Source: a bacterium (GTDB lineage Bacteria; Zhuqueibacterota; Zhuqueibacteria; Residuimicrobiales; Krinioviventaceae). Taken from it: 64,000 nt of DNA. The DNA lies in contig OY843751.1 in the NCBI GenBank assembly GCA_963693055.1, positions 1,984,001-2,048,000 on the forward strand, given 5' to 3'. The notes beneath the pieces were generated by a model. That model was not told the DNA's origin. It did not search any database and was given only the letters and a program-made list of their open reading frames with translations. The translations under genes were made by a program, and so were the position numbers. Positions 60,061-64,000 of the stretch are shown piece after piece; within the stretch, counting starts at the first letter, position 1; every line of letters begins with the position of its first letter.

Positions 60061-60763
60061 TAACCACGAAATACGCGAAACAACACGGAAACAAATTTTA
60101 AATATCCTTTTTGATTTTTTAATGTAAGTAGTAAAAATGTGATCATTTAATTTTATTTAATAACCAATATTCATTCTGAACAACTGGAAAATGAATAAAA
60201 AGGGGGAGAAATGTCGTTAATATACGGGGCTGAGAGTTATAAAGTTCTTGGTGCATGTTTTGAAGTGTATACTGAATTGGGATGTGGTTTCTTGGAAGCA
60301 GTGTATCAGGAGAGTCTGGAATTAGAATTGAAAATGCAAGGGATTCCTTTTTTGTCACAGCAAGGGATCGATATCCATTATAAAAACCAAAAACTTTTTC
60401 AAAAATATATACCTGATTTTATTTGTTTTTCCAAGATAATTCTTGAAATCAAGGCAGTAAAAGAGTTGTCCGATATTCATCGAGCTCAGTTGATAAATTC
60501 CTTAAAAATAACAGGATATAAAGTTGGTTATCTTGTAAACTTTAGTCATTATCCTAAATTAGAGTATGAAAGAATGGTGTACACTTGATTATGGACAAGA
60601 AGAAAATGATTGATCATATAACCACAATAATTAGGTCTAGCATTGGAAAAATATTAATAATAAGTGTAAGATTTAATTTTAGGATAATCCAGTCTTAAAT
60701 TTGAGATTTAAATTTACAAAAAATTAGTAAATTTTCCCGTGTGTTTAGTGTATTCCGTTGTTA
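60061..60763. repeat. Imperfect ~35-bp inverted repeats (60061-60098 and 60729-60763) flanking the GxxExxY gene
   Basis: Left taaccacgaaatacgcgaaacaacacggaaa versus reverse complement of right taacaacggaatacactaaacacacgggaaa. Confidence 0.65.
60211..60588 (+). CDS. GxxExxY protein (PD-(D/E)XK nuclease-like)
   Basis: LGCGFLEAVYQE, PDF, ILEIKA, AQLINSL, GYLVNF. Confidence 0.95.
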   Translation: MSLIYGAESYKVLGACFEVYTELGCGFLEAVYQESLELELKMQGIPFLSQQGIDIHYKNQKLFQKYIPDFICFSKIILEIKAVKELSDIHRAQLINSLKITGYKVGYLVNFSHYPKLEYERMVYT

Positions 60764-60933
60764 AACTTTTTTTATGTTTTCTTTGCGTTTAGTAGAAAAT
60801 TGATAGATTATATAATGTCTAACTGTTTGTTTTTGATTGTTTTCGTAGCATAATTTATTCTCTTGCATTTTTTGATGAAATCTTGTTATTTAATTTAAAT
60901 TAATACTACACTTGTTTAGTAAAGGGATTTTCT

Positions 60934-62253
60934 ATGAAGCGTAAGTTAATATTTGTTGTGTTGATTTTGGGTATATTTTGTTTTGATTTATTCGCCGGGG
61001 AATACTTTACGCCCATGTTCAACGGACAAGATCTCTCCGGATGGGTGAATGTCAACTGTGCACCAGAAACCTGGACTGTTGAAGACGGTATGATCAAATG
61101 TACCGGGTTGCCAATAGGAGTATTGCGAACTGAACAAATGTATGAAAATTTTATCATGGAACTGGACTATAAGCATATGCAGGAAAAAGGCAATGCCGGT
61201 GTGTTTATCCATTCTGCTCCATTGCCGGTAACGGGCAAGCCCTTTACCAAATCTCACGAAATTCAGATTCTCGACGGTCGCTATACGGAAAATTATACCA
61301 GCGACGGAGATATCTTTTCAATCCAGGGCGCGTTTATGGTGCCGAATCCCATCCATCCTAACGGTTGGATGCGCTCATTGCCGCAGGAGCGACGTGCGAA
61401 TCCGGTAGGCGAGTGGAACCATTATCGCATTGAGAGCAGAGACGGTACAGTAACCCTGGCTGTTAATGGCAAGGTTGTAACCCGTGCATATGATTTGAAT
61501 CCTCGCAAAGGTTATATTTGTCTGGAAGCTGAGGGAGCTTTGATCTATTTTCGTGATGTCAAGATCATGGAACTGCCGGGTACGAATCCCCCTCAGGATG
61601 TTATTGCAGAATCTGACAATGGATTTGTTTCTCTGTTTACAGGACTTGATCTGCGCGGTTGGAAACAGGTCCCCGGCAATAAAGACCACTGGCTTGTCAA
61701 AGACGGAGTGATTGTCTATGATGGTAAAAGTGAGGCAGAGGGAGAAGACAAACATCTGTGGACAGAAAAATCTTATGGTAATTTTATATTCATGGTAGAC
61801 TGGCGTCAGCCCATGGAGCCTTTTGTTGATAATGTACCGGTTATTTTACCTGATGGATCTACCCTTAAGGATGAAAAGGGCAAAGAAATCACGATACCGG
61901 TCAAAGATGCTGGCGACAGTGGCATATACATTCGTGGACATTCAAAGAATCAAATCAATATCTGGAACTGGCCGGTAGGTTCGGGTGAGATTTGGGGATA
62001 TCGTACTGATCAGTCCATGCCGCCACATATAAGACGAGATGCTACTCCGATAGTAAATGCTGATAATCCCATTGGCAAATGGAACCGGTTTGTAATAACC
62101 GTAATAGATGAAACAGTATCCGTTGAGCTTAATGGCGTTACGGTTATCCGAAATGCACATCTTCCGGGTATGGCGAAAACAGGGCCAATTGCATTACAGC
62201 ATCATGGAGACCCGATCGAGTTTACCAATATTTATATCAAGGAATTAAAATAA
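60934..62253 (+). CDS. Tandem DUF1080 (3-keto-disaccharide hydrolase-like) protein
   Basis: Two copies of FxGxDLxGW; GEWNHY/GKWNRF; GPIALQHHG. Confidence 0.92.
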   Translation: MKRKLIFVVLILGIFCFDLFAGEYFTPMFNGQDLSGWVNVNCAPETWTVEDGMIKCTGLPIGVLRTEQMYENFIMELDYKHMQEKGNAGVFIHSAPLPVTGKPFTKSHEIQILDGRYTENYTSDGDIFSIQGAFMVPNPIHPNGWMRSLPQERRANPVGEWNHYRIESRDGTVTLAVNGKVVTRAYDLNPRKGYICLEAEGALIYFRDVKIMELPGTNPPQDVIAESDNGFVSLFTGLDLRGWKQVPGNKDHWLVKDGVIVYDGKSEAEGEDKHLWTEKSYGNFIFMVDWRQPMEPFVDNVPVILPDGSTLKDEKGKEITIPVKDAGDSGIYIRGHSKNQINIWNWPVGSGEIWGYRTDQSMPPHIRRDATPIVNADNPIGKWNRFVITVIDETVSVELNGVTVIRNAHLPGMAKTGPIALQHHGDPIEFTNIYIKELK

Positions 62254-62275
62254 TACAAATATACAGGAGGTTGTG

Positions 62276-63541
62276 ATGGAGTCCAAAATCACACGCAGAG
62301 AATTTATAGGAACAACCGCTGCGGCGGGTGCCGGACTGACAATGGCGTGCAGTTCCAGCAGTGTAAGCAGTTATAAAAGGATTATTGGTGCAAATGACCG
62401 TATATCAATTGGAATTATTGGATGCGGCAGCAGAGGGACTGAAGCGCACATGCCGGGAATACAAAAACATGTTGAAGAAATGAATTTTGAAGTCACAGCT
62501 GTTTGTGATCCTTATCGTGTTGCAAGGGAAAAAGCCAATTCACTTGCAAAAGAATGGTATGGCAGAGATACCCGTCAGTTTGTTTCTCATCTCGATTTGT
62601 TGGCATTAAAAGATGTTGACGCGGTTATGATTGCTTCCTGTGACCACCAGCATGCTACACATTTATTAAATGCCGCCAAAGCCGGCAAGGACATGTATAC
62701 AGAAAAACCGCTTGGCATGGATTTTAAAACCGTTAAAAAGGCTGTCAAGGCAGTAAAAGACGCAGGTTCCATTTGCCAGGTAGGAACGCAATTACGAAGC
62801 ATGGCATCATTTACCGGGTGTAAAGAGTTGTACAAATCCGGCAAATTGGGTAAAGTGAGTCGTGTAGAACAAAACCGCAATACCGGTCGGCCCTATTGGT
62901 ATTCTTATATCAAGGATGTAAAAAAACAAGATCTCGATTGGAAAGAGTTTTTGTTCAATCGTCCCTTTCGTCCATTTGATCCTGTTCAGCACTCTGCCTG
63001 GTATGGATATCGTGATTTTTCTGATGGCCCGGTCCCACAATGGGGTGTTCACTATTTGGATTTGGTGCATTATATAACCGGAACCAGTTTCCCGGAAAGC
63101 TGTGTGTGTTTGGGTACCACATCTACCTGGAAAGATGAACATCATTTTGATGTTCCGGATAATATAGAAGCAACATGGATTTACCCTGAAGGTTTTATGG
63201 TACATTATTCTACCAACTGTGGCAACAGCTTTGGAAATACTTTTAAAATTTATGGTGACCAGGGTGTATTAAAGATGGACCATTGGAGCGAACCCGTACT
63301 TACCGCAGAAGGAGGTACCCAAAATAAAGGTGTTATCAGGGGAGAGCAACCAGTAGAAGGTATTGAACGGCCCGATCATTTTTTAAACTGGTTACAGTGT
63401 TTACGGTCAAAGGAAACACCGCATGCATCTATTGATACAGGACTACAGCATATGGTAGCAGTGGAAATGGCAAGAATGTCATTAGATGAAGGTAAAAAGA
63501 CTGTATTTGATAAGGATAAATTAAAAGTAAAAACTGCCTAA
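62276..63541 (+). CDS. Gfo/Idh/MocA family oxidoreductase with Tat signal
   Basis: TRREFIG; IGIIGCGSRG, YTEKP, QVGTQLRS, WGVHYLD. Confidence 0.93.
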   Translation: MESKITRREFIGTTAAAGAGLTMACSSSSVSSYKRIIGANDRISIGIIGCGSRGTEAHMPGIQKHVEEMNFEVTAVCDPYRVAREKANSLAKEWYGRDTRQFVSHLDLLALKDVDAVMIASCDHQHATHLLNAAKAGKDMYTEKPLGMDFKTVKKAVKAVKDAGSICQVGTQLRSMASFTGCKELYKSGKLGKVSRVEQNRNTGRPYWYSYIKDVKKQDLDWKEFLFNRPFRPFDPVQHSAWYGYRDFSDGPVPQWGVHYLDLVHYITGTSFPESCVCLGTTSTWKDEHHFDVPDNIEATWIYPEGFMVHYSTNCGNSFGNTFKIYGDQGVLKMDHWSEPVLTAEGGTQNKGVIRGEQPVEGIERPDHFLNWLQCLRSKETPHASIDTGLQHMVAVEMARMSLDEGKKTVFDKDKLKVKTA

Positions 63542-63560
63542 ATACTATCCTATATATAAT

Positions 63561-63597
63561 AAAAAACCCGGTTGTCAAATGAGAACCGGGTTTTTTT
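63561..63597. terminator. Bidirectional terminator
   Basis: aaaaaacccggtt..aaccgggttttttt between convergent genes. Confidence 0.88.
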
Positions 63598-63613
63598 ATA
63601 ATCAATATATAAT

Positions 63614-64000
63614 CTAGATCGAATCAAAATGTTCCTGGAAATTGGCTGCTGATTTTAAATCTTCGATCATGGTTTCATAAGTTTCCTGGCGTTTGGTTTG
63701 TTTCAAACGAGCTTCAAGTTCGGTTTTAACTTCGTCAAGAGGTTTGGTCTCATTTTTACGGTCCATAACTTTGATGATATGATAACCATATTGGGTTTCA
63801 ACCAGATCACTGATAGAGCCAATTGGCAGATCAAAAGATGCATCTTCAAAAGGTTTAACCATGCGACCTCTACCAAAGTCTTCATATAAACCGCCATTGT
63901 CTTTTGAACCTGGATCTTCAGAATATTCTTTTGCAAGTGCGGCAAAATCTTCACCATCTTTTGCGCGTTTCAGAATTTCTTCAGCTTTACCTTTTACTTC
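63614..64000 (-). CDS. PpiC/parvulin-type peptidyl-prolyl isomerase (PrsA/SurA-like), 5' end outside the window
   Basis: DFAALAKEYSEDPGSKDNGG..GRMVKPFEDASF..VETQYGYHIIK. Confidence 0.92.
   Translation of the reverse strand, partial: EVKGKAEEILKRAKDGEDFAALAKEYSEDPGSKDNGGLYEDFGRGRMVKPFEDASFDLPIGSISDLVETQYGYHIIKVMDRKNETKPLDEVKTELEARLKQTKRQETYETMIEDLKSAANFQEHFDSI

Overview
AT-rich bacterial chromosomal window. Several YPNPFNP/FlgD-Ig C-terminal sorting domains, many Tat/Sec/lipoprotein signals, TonB-dependent uptake and glycoside hydrolases suggest an FCB-group organism such as KSB1 or Calditrichota; this taxonomy is inferred. Contents: glycan-degrading enzymes (GH95-like, GH29, GH127, GH172, DUF1080 + Gfo/Idh/MocA); a cobalamin riboswitch controlling a BtuB-like receptor and a beta-propeller; a split corrinoid methyltransferase/MetH module; a small decayed defence-like islet; and housekeeping genes. 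No rRNA, tRNA, CRISPR array or intact transposase was seen. The most unusual loci are: (1) a cassette at 13.2-18.6 kb with a stand-alone PEP-CTERM-like 61-aa peptide, an AlkP-superfamily/TPR enzyme, a sulfotransferase and two paralogous exported proteins; (2) a 49-CxxCH multiheme cytochrome built from 216-bp repeats and coupled to an outer-membrane beta-barrel; (3) two covarying copies of an 'anti-Shine-Dalgarno loop hairpin + terminator' RNA motif behind a Spy/CpxP-like gene; (4) a GxxExxY gene bracketed by long-range inverted repeats; (5) an aldo/keto reductase split by a single in-frame TAG. All family calls come from motif recognition by eye; no database searches were run.
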